The notes under the pieces are model-generated. The model ran no database searches and was not told where the DNA came from. It worked only from the letters and a program-made list of their open reading frames with translations. A stretch of 64,000 nucleotides of DNA from NCBI GenBank assembly GCA_965218585.1, contig CBDCLE010000015.1, positions 1 through 64,000 of the forward strand, written 5' to 3'. This document shows positions 9,811 to 19,669 of this stretch, one piece after another (position 1 is the stretch's first letter; each line of letters starts with the position of its first letter). Origin of the DNA: Terriglobia bacterium (GTDB taxonomy: Bacteria; Acidobacteriota; Terriglobia; 20CM-2-55-15). The position numbers and the translations under genes are program-made.

Positions 9811-10981
9811 TCATCAGACAACAGGGCAAGAGAAAGTGCGAGAAGCCATTGTCCAACAAGTGGGGGAAAACCTCGACCACGCAATACCGGAGAACGCTTC
9901 GGAAGCTGGTGTCATAGTGGCCACGACCGCGACGGCAGACGAAGGCGATCCGGTGGTGCAAACCGCCGAGGCCTTCCTCACACGCATGTTCGAGGAAAAG
10001 GAACCGCTGGTTGAGGGCTTGGTCCACAAACGCGACTTGGTGGCCTTGGGAGCGCGACGTAGACATGGCAAGACGACTTTCGTCTTGAATCTGGCCATTG
10101 CGGGTGCGGTGGCATCTGACAGCTTCATTGGCTACCCAATCCCGAATCCGTTTCGATCCATGCTGTTCATGCTGGAAGACGACTCGGGTGAGCTTCAAGA
10201 GAAGCTGCGTTCCCTCAGTGGTGACATGGACCTTGCAACGCGAGTAGGACTTGCGACCCGAGATGACTTCAGAGAACAAGATGTTCCGATTCACATTAGG
10301 GATCAGAAGTTCCAACGCTTTGTAAAATGGCAGGTTAAAGCCCACGCGCCAGATCTAACCGTATTCGACAATCTTTCGTACATCGTGGGAGGCGAGTACT
10401 CTGACCCCAAGCTCGCGCATCATTTGATGGATTTCATGTACCGCTTGGCCCACGATCACAACTCCGCGATCATCTTGCCTGCCCATCCGCGAAAGATGGA
10501 CAAGGACAATCGCATCAAGCTTGAGGACGATCCCGAAATGTTCGTCGAGCAGATCATGGGCACCAGCCACTTCATCAACTCCACTGGTTCGACCTGGGCA
10601 TTGGAACGCCGTGACCAGGATGGCCACTCCCTATTCATGGGAGGGCGACAACGTGGCAGCGGGTCGTCCGGCCAGTGCTACTTAACCGTGGACGACGAAA
10701 ACCGACTCCATCTCGTCGACGACCCCCAGCTTCAGATGAGGGCAGCATTGAACACTGACGCTCGCCGTGGGGCTTGGAACCATCTGCCAGAGCGCTTCAC
10801 CTACCGCGAGGGGGAGGCTGCCGTGAAGCCCGTCATGAAATCCAGTTCCACCTACTACGGGTTCATCAAGCAATGCGAGCGCCAGGGGCTCTTGGTTAAG
10901 GAAGCAGACCACTGGCGTAAGACCAATCATCAACGGGCCGGTCTGAGTGGCCCGCTGGGGGAAGAACTGGCGGTCGTATAG
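9797..10981 (+). CDS. AAA_25/RepA-like helicase ATPase
   Basis: Walker A variant GARRRHGKT, LED, Walker B LTVFDNL, AHPRK; possible C-terminal wHTH. Confidence 0.85.
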   Translation: MNLDNHQTTGQEKVREAIVQQVGENLDHAIPENASEAGVIVATTATADEGDPVVQTAEAFLTRMFEEKEPLVEGLVHKRDLVALGARRRHGKTTFVLNLAIAGAVASDSFIGYPIPNPFRSMLFMLEDDSGELQEKLRSLSGDMDLATRVGLATRDDFREQDVPIHIRDQKFQRFVKWQVKAHAPDLTVFDNLSYIVGGEYSDPKLAHHLMDFMYRLAHDHNSAIILPAHPRKMDKDNRIKLEDDPEMFVEQIMGTSHFINSTGSTWALERRDQDGHSLFMGGRQRGSGSSGQCYLTVDDENRLHLVDDPQLQMRAALNTDARRGAWNHLPERFTYREGEAAVKPVMKSSSTYYGFIKQCERQGLLVKEADHWRKTNHQRAGLSGPLGEELAVV

Positions 10982-11140
10982 ACCGAGGCAGGCGAGTTAT
11001 GCAATTAATTCAACAACTTATGACCGAGGTGGGCAAGCGAGGTGCATGCGAGGTGATGCGCCTCGAACGCCTCGGGGATACCTCGGCAGGGGCCTCGATT
11101 CTAAATGATTGATTTATATATATAACTCGACCACCTCGCC
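10981..11140. repeat. Iteron array, putative replication origin
   Basis: CGAGG x4 followed by CCTCG x5, core copies ~11 bp apart, AT-rich flanks, right after rep. Confidence 0.7.
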
Positions 11141-11249
11141 TATTCCCGCGTTTCAGTTCGGGTCAGTTATTTATCGTTTTGGCATTCGACGTGACTGTTA
11201 TTTTGGACTGGGCAAAGCTTCCAAGAAGAGGAACCGAACCGCTATCTGC

Positions 11250-11495
11250 AGCTTGCAACTACGTTCGGGAGTGCGCTGGGACAAGCTGTCTGAGCCGGAC
11301 AAACAGACTCTCGAACGGCTGGGTGACGAATTCACGACCAAGGAAGCAAAACAGGGCCTCAGCTTGAGCGCACGTCCCACCAACGACCGGCTGTTGAAAT
11401 GGGCCTCGCTTGGACTGACCGAGAAGGTCAAGCAGGGCCTGTGGCGGAAGACAGTAGCGGGGCGGAGTGGTGAACAACCTGAACAAGTGGCTTAA
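11250..11495 (+). pseudogene. Orphan C-terminal wHTH-like fragment of a second Rep-like protein
   Basis: LGDEFTTKEAKQGL...WASLGLTEKVKQGLWRKT parallels LPERFTYREGE...RQGLLVKEADHWRKT of the AAA_25 protein; 5' limit approximate. Confidence 0.5.
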
Positions 11496-11845
11496 CTATT
11501 TACGTATCAGCGGTTTATGCGTTCATTGCCTGCTGAATCAGGCTGAACAATTGGAATAATTCACCTTTATTCAAGTGCTAGTGAACATGTAAATGACTGA
11601 AACAAATGGAGTAAACATGATAATTCACTTTGTTCATCCTCTGGACGTGGGCTGTGCCTGCCCGGCCCGCGCGGACCCGCAGGCGAGCTGCGACTGCAGG
11701 GTCACTTGGCAGGGCCGTTTTCGTTTGGCCAGAATTACAGTAGAACTTACTATGAAATAAAATAGAAACCAATGACCTATCCGACACGCGGATGTTCCAA
11801 TTTAACTATTTTATAATAACTAAGTTAATTATATAGAAGTTAGTA

Positions 11846-11874
11846 TTGACACGGTAGTATGGTGGAAATATACT
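11846..11874 (+). promoter_or_regulatory. Sigma70-type promoter giving a probably leaderless fic mRNA
   Basis: TTGACA-17 bp-TATACT with ATG 7 nt downstream and no RBS. Confidence 0.8.
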
Positions 11875-11881
11875 CGCAACA

Positions 11882-13075
11882 ATGACTATCAAATACCGTA
11901 TTCCTGATAACTGGATCAAATACGACTCCTCAGCAATTCTGAAACAGTTGACCGATGCGAAAGCCGCAGTCTATTCCTTGACTCAGATGCCGTATCAAAA
12001 AAGCTGGGTAGTGGCGCTGCAGCATGTTCAATTGAAGTCAGAAGTCGGAGGAACTTCCAAGATTGAGGGTGCCGATTTCACCGATGAAGAGTTGGAAGAA
12101 GCCATGCAGGAAGATGTAGAGGCGCTCGCTACACGGTCGCAACGCCAGGCTCATGCTGCCGTCAGTACGTACCGTTGGATTTCCGCGTTGCCAAATGATC
12201 GGTCCATAGATGCTGATCTAATTCGTGAGGTCCACCGAAGGATGGTTACCGGTGCGGATGATGATCATTGTGGGCCTGGAGAAATGCGACAGACGGATCA
12301 GAATGTACTTTTTGGAACCCCGCAGCATCGAGGGGCGAGTGGCGGGAATGAATGTCAGGATGCGTTTAGCGGATTGATGAACGCAGTCGCACACGAGTTC
12401 CGGTCACATGACCCTCTGGTTCAGGCGCTCGCGCTCCACTACCATTTTGCCTCCATTCATCCGTTTTTTGATGGGAATGGTAGAACCGCGCGGGCAGCCG
12501 AAGCGTTGTTTCTTCAGCGTGCTGGGCTCAGAGATGCTCTCTTCATCGCGATGTCGAACTATTACTATGACGAGAAGATATTGTATTTGAAGAAGCTGAG
12601 CGAAGTTCGAGCTGGCAACCATGATCTCACGCCGTTCTTGCTCTTTGGATTAGAGGGTGTAACCGTTCAATGCCACCGGTTGTTTGGAGCGATCAAGAAA
12701 CAGGTGTCGAAGGCGCTCTACAGGAATGTTATGTATGACCTTTTCGGTCGGCTCAAGACAGGAAAGCGTCGGTTTCTCGCTAAGCGCCAAGTCGAGATAT
12801 TAAAGATGCTTTTGGAGGCCGAGAAGATCGAATTAAAGGTGTTGTTCGAGCGCGCTGGCGGTTTTTATGCGTCGCTTAAGAATCCTTGGAAAGCGTTTGT
12901 CCGAGACATTGTAGATCTCTTCAGCCTGCAAGCGATCGCTGTCACTCGGAAGTCAGAAAAAGACGACTATGAAATTTTAATACGACTGGAATGGCCCACA
13001 GAAATCACGGAAACGGATTTCTTCGAAAGTGTAAAAAAGATGCCGAAAGCCAAGCCGCACTCCTTGGCATTCTAG
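11882..13075 (+). CDS. Fic-domain protein (class II-like)
   Basis: HPFFDGNGRTAR catalytic motif; N-terminal TSKIEG inhibitory motif. Confidence 0.95.
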   Translation: MTIKYRIPDNWIKYDSSAILKQLTDAKAAVYSLTQMPYQKSWVVALQHVQLKSEVGGTSKIEGADFTDEELEEAMQEDVEALATRSQRQAHAAVSTYRWISALPNDRSIDADLIREVHRRMVTGADDDHCGPGEMRQTDQNVLFGTPQHRGASGGNECQDAFSGLMNAVAHEFRSHDPLVQALALHYHFASIHPFFDGNGRTARAAEALFLQRAGLRDALFIAMSNYYYDEKILYLKKLSEVRAGNHDLTPFLLFGLEGVTVQCHRLFGAIKKQVSKALYRNVMYDLFGRLKTGKRRFLAKRQVEILKMLLEAEKIELKVLFERAGGFYASLKNPWKAFVRDIVDLFSLQAIAVTRKSEKDDYEILIRLEWPTEITETDFFESVKKMPKAKPHSLAF

Positions 13076-13322
13076 GTTTTGGCGGACTGCCCTCAGGCAC
13101 AATCTAGCAGACCACTACCCGGCTCGACGCGGTGACTCAGGATGTTGGACGCGTATCTTCCTTCGGCAGAACTACTAACTTAAATAGGATCAATTGTTTG
13201 CATTTTTGGAATCCCACGTGCTTTTATCCTAGTTTGACGTGCACTCTGTGGCACTCGGTCTCACTGCCTTTCAACACAACCCGGCCTAAAGAACGGCAAC
13301 TAATACCACTCGGGGCTACTAG

Positions 13323-14790
13323 TACTACTATGTTACAAACGGTCTATTTTATGTTAGCATCCGGTCATGAGCGCCAAATCGAAGGCGCCAGGCACTCAGG
13401 AAAAACGTTTTGCGGCCTATTTGGAACGCCTGGCGTCGGCCGCAGGACACGCCGATCGTCATGAACCGTTGAAGTCGTACTGCACCGGGTTGTTGCTGCC
13501 GATCAAACGTAAGAGTGTGGAGCCGATGGCTGCACGATTGGCTCCGGATAATGTACGCCGAATGCACCAGTCGCTACATCATCTGGTCGCGGATGCGCCC
13601 TGGGACGATGCGGCTCTGTTGGCAGAAGTTCGACAGTACGCGCTGGGGGCGATGGAAGCCAACGGTCCGATTGAAGCCTGGATTGTCGACGACACCGGAT
13701 TCGTGAAAAAGGGGACCCACTCGGTGGGTGTGGCCCGGCAATACTATGGACAGGTCGGCAAACCTGAGAACTGCCGGGTGGCGGTGAGCCTGTCGGTGGC
13801 GACAGCGAAATCCAGCTTGCCGGTGGCATGGCGACTCTACCTCCCCGAGACCTGGGCGAAGGATCCGGAACGTCGAAGCAAAGCCGCTATTCCCGAAGAC
13901 GTTCGATTTCAAACTAAACCTCAAATTGCTTTGGAACAAATCCGGCAGGCCGTCGATGACGGCATTGCTCCGACACCGGTTCTGGGCGATACGGCCTACG
14001 GCAACAACTACAAGTTCCGGCACGGCATCACCGAACTCGGACTTAGCTACGTCCTAGGGGTGCAAGGCACCACGACCGTGTGGAAACCGGGCCAGGGTCC
14101 CTTGCCGCCGAAATCCTTGACCGGCCGCGGACGGACACCGACCCGCATGCAGCGCAACAAGAAACATCAACCGGTTTCGGTCAAGCAACTGGCCCTCTCG
14201 TTGTCTCCCCAGCGTTGGAAGAACGTCTCCTGGCGCGAAGGCACCTCCGAGACCCTGCGTTCCCGTTTCGCCGCAGTTCGCATTCGTCCCGCTCATCTGG
14301 ATCACGAGCGCCACTCGCCGCATCCGAAAGAGTGGTTGTTGGTCGAGTGGCCCAAGACCGCATCCGAACCGATCCGGTACTGGCTCTCCACTCTTGGGGC
14401 CCATACCTCGCTTTCCGATCTGGCCGGTCAGGCCAAACAGCGCTGGATCATCGAACGCGACTATCAGGAACTCAAGCAGGAACTCGGTCTGGGACACTAC
14501 GAAGGTCGCGGCTGGCGTGGATTTCACCATCATGGCACCTTATGTATTGCCTCTTATGGGTTCCTGGTCGCCGAGCGGAGCCGATTTTCCCCCTCTGCAT
14601 TTGTCGAGCATGTTGGACTATCCGTCCCCAAACTCCCCAAACACTTCAAACCCCGCGGAACCCCGGATCCGGCCCGAACGACATAACCCCTGCTCGATTG
14701 CCACGCTTCGCATTCGCATCGCCCGCTTCCTGATTCAGCAGCTTCCTCGTTGTCCGTTCTGTGGACCGCTTCGTTTGTAACACAGTAGTA
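13323..14790 (+). mobile_element. IS701-family IS
   Basis: IRs tactact(a/g)tgttacaaacg; CTAG duplicated at 13319-13322 and 14791-14794. Confidence 0.93.
13367..14686 (+). CDS. IS701-family transposase
   Basis: IVDDTGFVKKGTHSVGVARQY, GDTAYG, RWIIERDYQELKQELGL. Confidence 0.95.
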   Translation: MSAKSKAPGTQEKRFAAYLERLASAAGHADRHEPLKSYCTGLLLPIKRKSVEPMAARLAPDNVRRMHQSLHHLVADAPWDDAALLAEVRQYALGAMEANGPIEAWIVDDTGFVKKGTHSVGVARQYYGQVGKPENCRVAVSLSVATAKSSLPVAWRLYLPETWAKDPERRSKAAIPEDVRFQTKPQIALEQIRQAVDDGIAPTPVLGDTAYGNNYKFRHGITELGLSYVLGVQGTTTVWKPGQGPLPPKSLTGRGRTPTRMQRNKKHQPVSVKQLALSLSPQRWKNVSWREGTSETLRSRFAAVRIRPAHLDHERHSPHPKEWLLVEWPKTASEPIRYWLSTLGAHTSLSDLAGQAKQRWIIERDYQELKQELGLGHYEGRGWRGFHHHGTLCIASYGFLVAERSRFSPSAFVEHVGLSVPKLPKHFKPRGTPDPARTT

Positions 14791-14794
14791 CTAG

Positions 14795-14902
14795 GAGTCT
14801 GCGCGGCAGAAGAAACTCGGTACTCCATGTCGATGCTAAGTGCTGCGCACACACACTATGCTGTGGTCACAATGACCCAAAATCGTTCTGCCGCGCAGAC
14901 TC
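14795..14902. mobile_element. 108 bp MITE
   Basis: Perfect 17 bp IR gagtctgcgcggcagaa; flanked by CTAG on both sides. Confidence 0.85.
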
Positions 14903-15406
14903 CTAGCTGCTACCGAGGCGCGGCTGTCCTTGCCAAGGGCGATGTAAAACTTTAGTCGCGATGAAAAGTCTTTTACTTTTGGCGGCCTAGAGTGGGCCCG
15001 CGAGCATCTAGTAACTTTCGGTACTACTGGGTCCAACAAGCTCCCGAGACGGAGGATTGAGGCTGTTACTGAGACAAGAACACCGACTCCGATTATTGGC
15101 AAGAACGCTTCCAATACAGGCAGGAACTCAGATATCACTTTGCGCGATCCGAAACTGTCAATCAGAAGATCCAAGCCAATGCCGAGAAGAGAGACGATAA
15201 TTCCGACACGTGCGCCACGCTGCATAATCCAGCATCATGCCGCAGCCTGCCCGGTTGTGTAAAATGGATAAACACGGTTGGTTCTGGGGCGCTTTGAAAC
15301 GAGGAGGTCCACGTAAAGTCGCGGAGCGCGTTGCCGATGATAAAGACAAAGCCAAGCCAAAAAACGATCCGGCCCACCAAGCCGATCAGCGTTCTCACAG
15401 TGCTTC

Positions 15407-15721
15407 TCAATGCTCCTCGTACGCGTTTACCAGCGGGGTGGAAATCCCGTAGGCAATGACGAGTCCGGCGAGCATTCCCCAGCGGCCACCCAGATAAAAG
15501 CCAGTCAGCAATCCAACGGCATAGAGAAACCAACCAAGCCCGGACCAAGCCTTGCCCGCTAGAATGCTGTTGAGACTTCCAAGGACGAAGAGAACGATAA
15601 TCGCTATTCGATAGGATTGGCTCGACGCCGCAAACCCCGCCAGAATACCGACAATTCCACCGAGGAGCCCGAGCAACCCGAAGCCAATATCAGGGACGGT
15701 ATACGATCGGTTGTTGTTCAT
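15407..15721 (-). CDS. Small Gly-rich membrane protein
   Basis: 104 aa with ~4 hydrophobic segments; further hydrophobic ORF fragments follow to ~15010. Confidence 0.6.
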   Translation of the reverse strand: MNNNRSYTVPDIGFGLLGLLGGIVGILAGFAASSQSYRIAIIVLFVLGSLNSILAGKAWSGLGWFLYAVGLLTGFYLGGRWGMLAGLVIAYGISTPLVNAYEEH

Positions 15722-15818
15722 AGTTCAAGCAGGAAGACCAAAGCCTATCAGGAAGACCAAAGCCTATAGTGACTATAGTCGCTAACTGTTTCGGCAGGCA
15801 AGCAATACTCTCGTCCCC

Positions 15819-16046
15819 ATGCGACCTCCGGTGGGTGTGGTCAGGGAGTTTGGGCGCGCAGTGCGCAAAGTGCGCTTGGAGCGTGGGCTGACGCAGCAGC
15901 AATTAGCCGACGCGTGCGGACTGGATATTGGCTACATCGGTGGGATCGAGCGCGGACAGCGAAACCCTACACTGGGGGTCATTCACAGCATCGCCTCAGT
16001 ACTTGGCAGTAAAGCCTCTGACCTGATGAAAATAGCTAGAATCTAA
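15819..16046 (+). CDS. XRE-family HTH regulator (controller-protein-like)
   Basis: FGRAVRKVRLERGLTQQQLA...YIGGIERGQRNPTL. Confidence 0.9.
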   Translation: MRPPVGVVREFGRAVRKVRLERGLTQQQLADACGLDIGYIGGIERGQRNPTLGVIHSIASVLGSKASDLMKIARI

Positions 16047-16173
16047 GGTCAGTTGTGGGACGGGTTCTCCCAAAACTGCGTGGAAGCTTGACCACCCCCG
16101 TTCAGGCAATTCGAATAATTCACTTTTACGTCAGCCAAAGAGCTATTACGGTCGTTGCCGTGTCGCGTGAGTT

Positions 16174-16407
16174 TCACCGCTTCAGCGACTCTCCAATGCG
16201 GGCCAGCTGCTCTTCGATACGGGCCAACCGGTCGTCCGTGTCGGATTCGATGAAGTAAGCAGCGACGGATGCCCCCAGCGGAGCGAATAGGCTGATCCCA
16301 GGGAGCATCAGTGCCACACCTTGCGCGTCGAGCACGACGAGCGGAACAGTTGCGAGAGCGGCAGCGATCACGGCCCCGTCGATGCGCCGAAGCATGGAGT
16401 CGTTCAT
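16174..16407 (-). pseudogene. Small membrane protein, possibly a deleted K+ channel remnant
   Basis: Two hydrophobic segments plus RLARIEEQLARI coiled-coil tail; no pore motif. Confidence 0.35.
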
Positions 16408-16784
16408 CCGGGCATTGTACCAATCCGCCAGGAAGTTCTGCGATTGCCCTTCGCTAGACGAGAGAGGATGGCTAGATGCTTAGTTCCTGCGCGGAATAAT
16501 GACTAAAATACATTAAATCAACAGCTTATCGCTTTGGAATCGTTTTGAAATTCAGCGTGCTTGTCATTCTAGTCTGACGTGCACTCTGTACCACTCGGTC
16601 TCACTGCTATTGACGGCAACCCGGCGCAGCGAACGTCAAATAAATGCGACTCGGCGCTACCATCTGCTACCGAGACGCGGTTTGTTCCTGCCGACCCCGA
16701 TGTAAACCTTTAGTCGTGATGTAAACCTTTAGTCGCGATGAAAAGTCTTTTGCTTTTTGGCGATCTACAGTGGCCCCCGAGCAT

Positions 16785-16976
16785 TTAGTAACTGCCCTTA
16801 CCGGGTATCGTATGGCGCACACCTCCGCGAGGATTCTCAACGTCCCCTCGCCTACGCGGTATGTGGTGGACGTGGCAGTGGGGAACCGTCTGCCCAGCAA
16901 CTTCGCCGTCAATGGGCAGTGTCTCAGTTTGATTGGTGATTGTCCTGTTGGCTAATAGGAAATGTGTTGCTAGCAT
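16785..16976 (-). pseudogene. HIT-family hydrolase C-terminal fragment
   Basis: AGQTVPHCHVHHIPRR histidine triad; N-terminus missing. Confidence 0.8.
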
Positions 16977-16985
16977 GGCCGAATT

Positions 16986-17726
16986 ATGTCAATTCGCGAC
17001 CTAGTCGCTAAGGCTTGGAAAGGAATATCGCATTTCGACACTCTCACAGGTCTATTCGGCTGGGTGGGTGGTCCGTGCCTGGGCTCTATCCTTGCCGGAA
17101 GGTCGGCTTCTATGATTCCTGGCGGCTGGCTGCAAAACCCATTCATTCCGATGGCTTGGTTCTTTGGGGTGATTTTTACGACGGTTCTGACCGCAAAGGT
17201 AATAGGTTTCGCATGGACCAAGTGGGATCAATATAGACGTTCTAAGGAGGCGGTACTGCAGGATGAACCTGATGTAGACACAGTCAATTCAGAAATACAG
17301 CAGTTACGTAAAGCACTACGCAAGTGCAAGAAGGATCATGCCGAGTCAGCGCTTCGAAAGTTCGCTGAGCGGGTCGCAGGGAACATTGAGAGAAGGCGAG
17401 CCCAAGATCAGTCAGTGAAAGATATTCGTGTAACAGTTCGGTTTGCGGAGTACAAGGATGTCGATCTCGTAAATCAAATAAAAACAATTATCGAGAATTG
17501 TACGCAATGGCCTGTTGTGATTGACGGAAGCAACAAGCCAACGATCATGCCAGACAAGGATTTCAAGGTCGTCTTTGATATTGGGCCGTGGCAGACGTTC
17601 GAGGAGGTAGCTTGGGCATTTAGTTATGGCGAACTGGTAAAAGGAAAGATCGCGAGCACAGCAACCCAGCGATTTGACGAAGATGAACATCTAATTGTGA
17701 ATGTGCTCCCTATCATTATTGGCTAA
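16986..17726 (+). CDS. Hypothetical protein with N-terminal TM segments and coiled coil
   Basis: 246 aa clean low-GC ORF; hydrophobic residues ~20-78. Confidence 0.75.
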   Translation: MSIRDLVAKAWKGISHFDTLTGLFGWVGGPCLGSILAGRSASMIPGGWLQNPFIPMAWFFGVIFTTVLTAKVIGFAWTKWDQYRRSKEAVLQDEPDVDTVNSEIQQLRKALRKCKKDHAESALRKFAERVAGNIERRRAQDQSVKDIRVTVRFAEYKDVDLVNQIKTIIENCTQWPVVIDGSNKPTIMPDKDFKVVFDIGPWQTFEEVAWAFSYGELVKGKIASTATQRFDEDEHLIVNVLPIIIG

Positions 17727-17729
17727 GGG

Positions 17730-17942
17730 TTATGCCACCAATTCCTTGTACGTAAGATTGTCGGTGTTGATTATTCGACGAAGTGTATCCATGAAGATGT
17801 GTAGGTTGTCTCTGCTGTTGAAACGCCACTCCAATTCTTCGAGGTAGCGGTCCAGATGTTTGACGCTCATTCGGTGGAAGGTGCCAACGATCGACCGCTT
17901 GAGCAGGCTCCAGACGCCATCAATCCCGTTGGTGTGCATGTG
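17730..17942 (-). pseudogene. IS1595 transposase C-terminal fragment
   Basis: HTNGIDGVWSLLKR...SVKHLDRYLEELEWRFN...LTYKELV. Confidence 0.85.
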
Positions 17943-18039
17943 GACCCTCCCGATGACGGAGCAATCTTATCGGCTTCGGTACTACTGGGTCCAACAAGCT
18001 CCCGAGACGGAGGATTGAGGCTGTTATATTCGGAATGCG

Positions 18040-18446
18040 ATGTGCGGACGCTACACAGCCACTGCAGCACAGGAGGTCATTGAGGACTACTTCGGAGCGG
18101 AGTTCTCCGAGACGCACCTCCCTGTCTTCAACGCCAGTCCCGGACAGCACCTGCCCGTCGTTTTGAACATTGCGCCTGGCAAGATCCAGCGGGCCCTCGG
18201 GGGTATCAAGCCTGAATGGAAGGATCGACCGACGCGAACAAGGTGACCCAACCCATCCACGACCGGATGCCGGTCATCCTGGAACGAGGGGAACGGGTCC
18301 TATGGCTGGGCCAGAATCTGCCCGCCGAGGCCGTTTTGAAGCTCTTGGCCCCTTATCGCGATAACGCCATGACCGCCTATCGGGTGTCTAAGGCCGTCAA
18401 TGACTCCAGCAATGAGCGCGAAGAGGTGATTGAGCCGGTTGGTTGA
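18040..18446 (+). pseudogene. SOS response-associated peptidase (SRAP/YedK), deleted and frameshifted
   Basis: MCGRY N-terminus in one frame; IHDRMPVIL and VSKAVN in another. Confidence 0.85.
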
Positions 18447-18595
18447 GCCAAATCCCCCTTCCGAGCAAGAATGACCAGGGCGTTTTCCCTCTCAAAGCGG
18501 CCAACACAAATGAACGAAACGTAGACGGGAGCCATCAGCCGCGCCTCAAATGAGTCACCACCGACTATGATCGCCTCTCATGGAGTACTGAGCCA

Positions 18596-19600
18596 ATGAT
18601 CTACCTTGAAATGTCGAGAGCCGATACACATGGAGGCGGTACATGGATGTTCCCCAATTGCGTTTGGGCGCCAGCTGAAAAACGTGGTGGTGGCGCATGG
18701 CCCTTTTGGAGCAAGGTCCTCCAAGTCAGTGACGGCGATGTCATCATTCACCTGCGAGGTATCCCACCTAGAGCCAACTTTGTTGGCTACTCCATTGCCT
18801 CTGGAAACGGATTTGCGACTAAACGTCGCCCGCCGAACCCTGGAGAGTGGGCCTTTGCGGAGCGCTATTATCGTGCCGACCTCACAAATTTCACACCCTT
18901 CCACCAACCAGTGAATCTGAATGAAGTCTTTGCGGCGCGCGAATCCGAACTAGAAGAATATTTCGAGCAGAACAAAACGCGTAGACCCTACAGAGCTAAC
19001 ATCTTCTATGTCAGACAGGCGGGACGCCTTCAATGCCTGAACGGAGCGTACTTATCGGATATTGATGAGGAATTGCTTGCCATACTATTTGACGACGAAG
19101 GCACGATAAACGCGCCTAGTGGCGGGGTGACAATTGTCTCTGTGGAAACAGGTTCTCAGATTGCTACTGTGCGGTCCCGCCTTGGACAAGATAAGTTCGC
19201 GGCGGCAATCAAGGGGTTGTATTCTAACTTCTGTTGTTTCCCTGGTTGCTCAGTAGCAGATCCGCGGTTCTTGGTAGCCTCCCACATTGCCAGATGGACC
19301 GACAATGAACAACTCCGTGGAGAATTGGGGAATGGGCTGTGCTTCTGCCTCATACATGATAAAGGATTTGAAGTGGGACTATTTACACTAGACGACCAAT
19401 TCAAGGTATTTGTAAATCCCAAGGAACGGAGCGCAGAATCCCCATTCTTGCGAAAACTAATTTCGCACCATGGCGAACAAATCACACTAGCCAGAATTCG
19501 ACCATTAAGGGAGGCTCTGCTTGAGCACTGGAATCGTGTTGATATTAAGCTGAATTATGACGTTCCCCCCGAAATCGACAGCCAGCTGAAACGGGAATAG
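18596..19600 (+). CDS. HNH endonuclease with a putative PUA/EVE-like N-terminal domain
   Basis: RLGQDKF...CCFPGC...LVASHIARW...NGLCFCLIHDKGF; N-terminal VSDGDVIIHL resembles PUA-type readers (inference). Confidence 0.85.
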   Translation: MIYLEMSRADTHGGGTWMFPNCVWAPAEKRGGGAWPFWSKVLQVSDGDVIIHLRGIPPRANFVGYSIASGNGFATKRRPPNPGEWAFAERYYRADLTNFTPFHQPVNLNEVFAARESELEEYFEQNKTRRPYRANIFYVRQAGRLQCLNGAYLSDIDEELLAILFDDEGTINAPSGGVTIVSVETGSQIATVRSRLGQDKFAAAIKGLYSNFCCFPGCSVADPRFLVASHIARWTDNEQLRGELGNGLCFCLIHDKGFEVGLFTLDDQFKVFVNPKERSAESPFLRKLISHHGEQITLARIRPLREALLEHWNRVDIKLNYDVPPEIDSQLKRE

Positions 19601-19669
19601 AGTGGCGTTTCAGGTCCTCGGAAGGAAAGCACAGGACATGCAACGATCTGTCCACTTAACCCTCTTGGC

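Noticed and set aside
13215-18026. CRISPR array or integron attC array
   Set aside because: Only two copies of each repeat, no regular spacers, no cas or intI, no clear attC boxes
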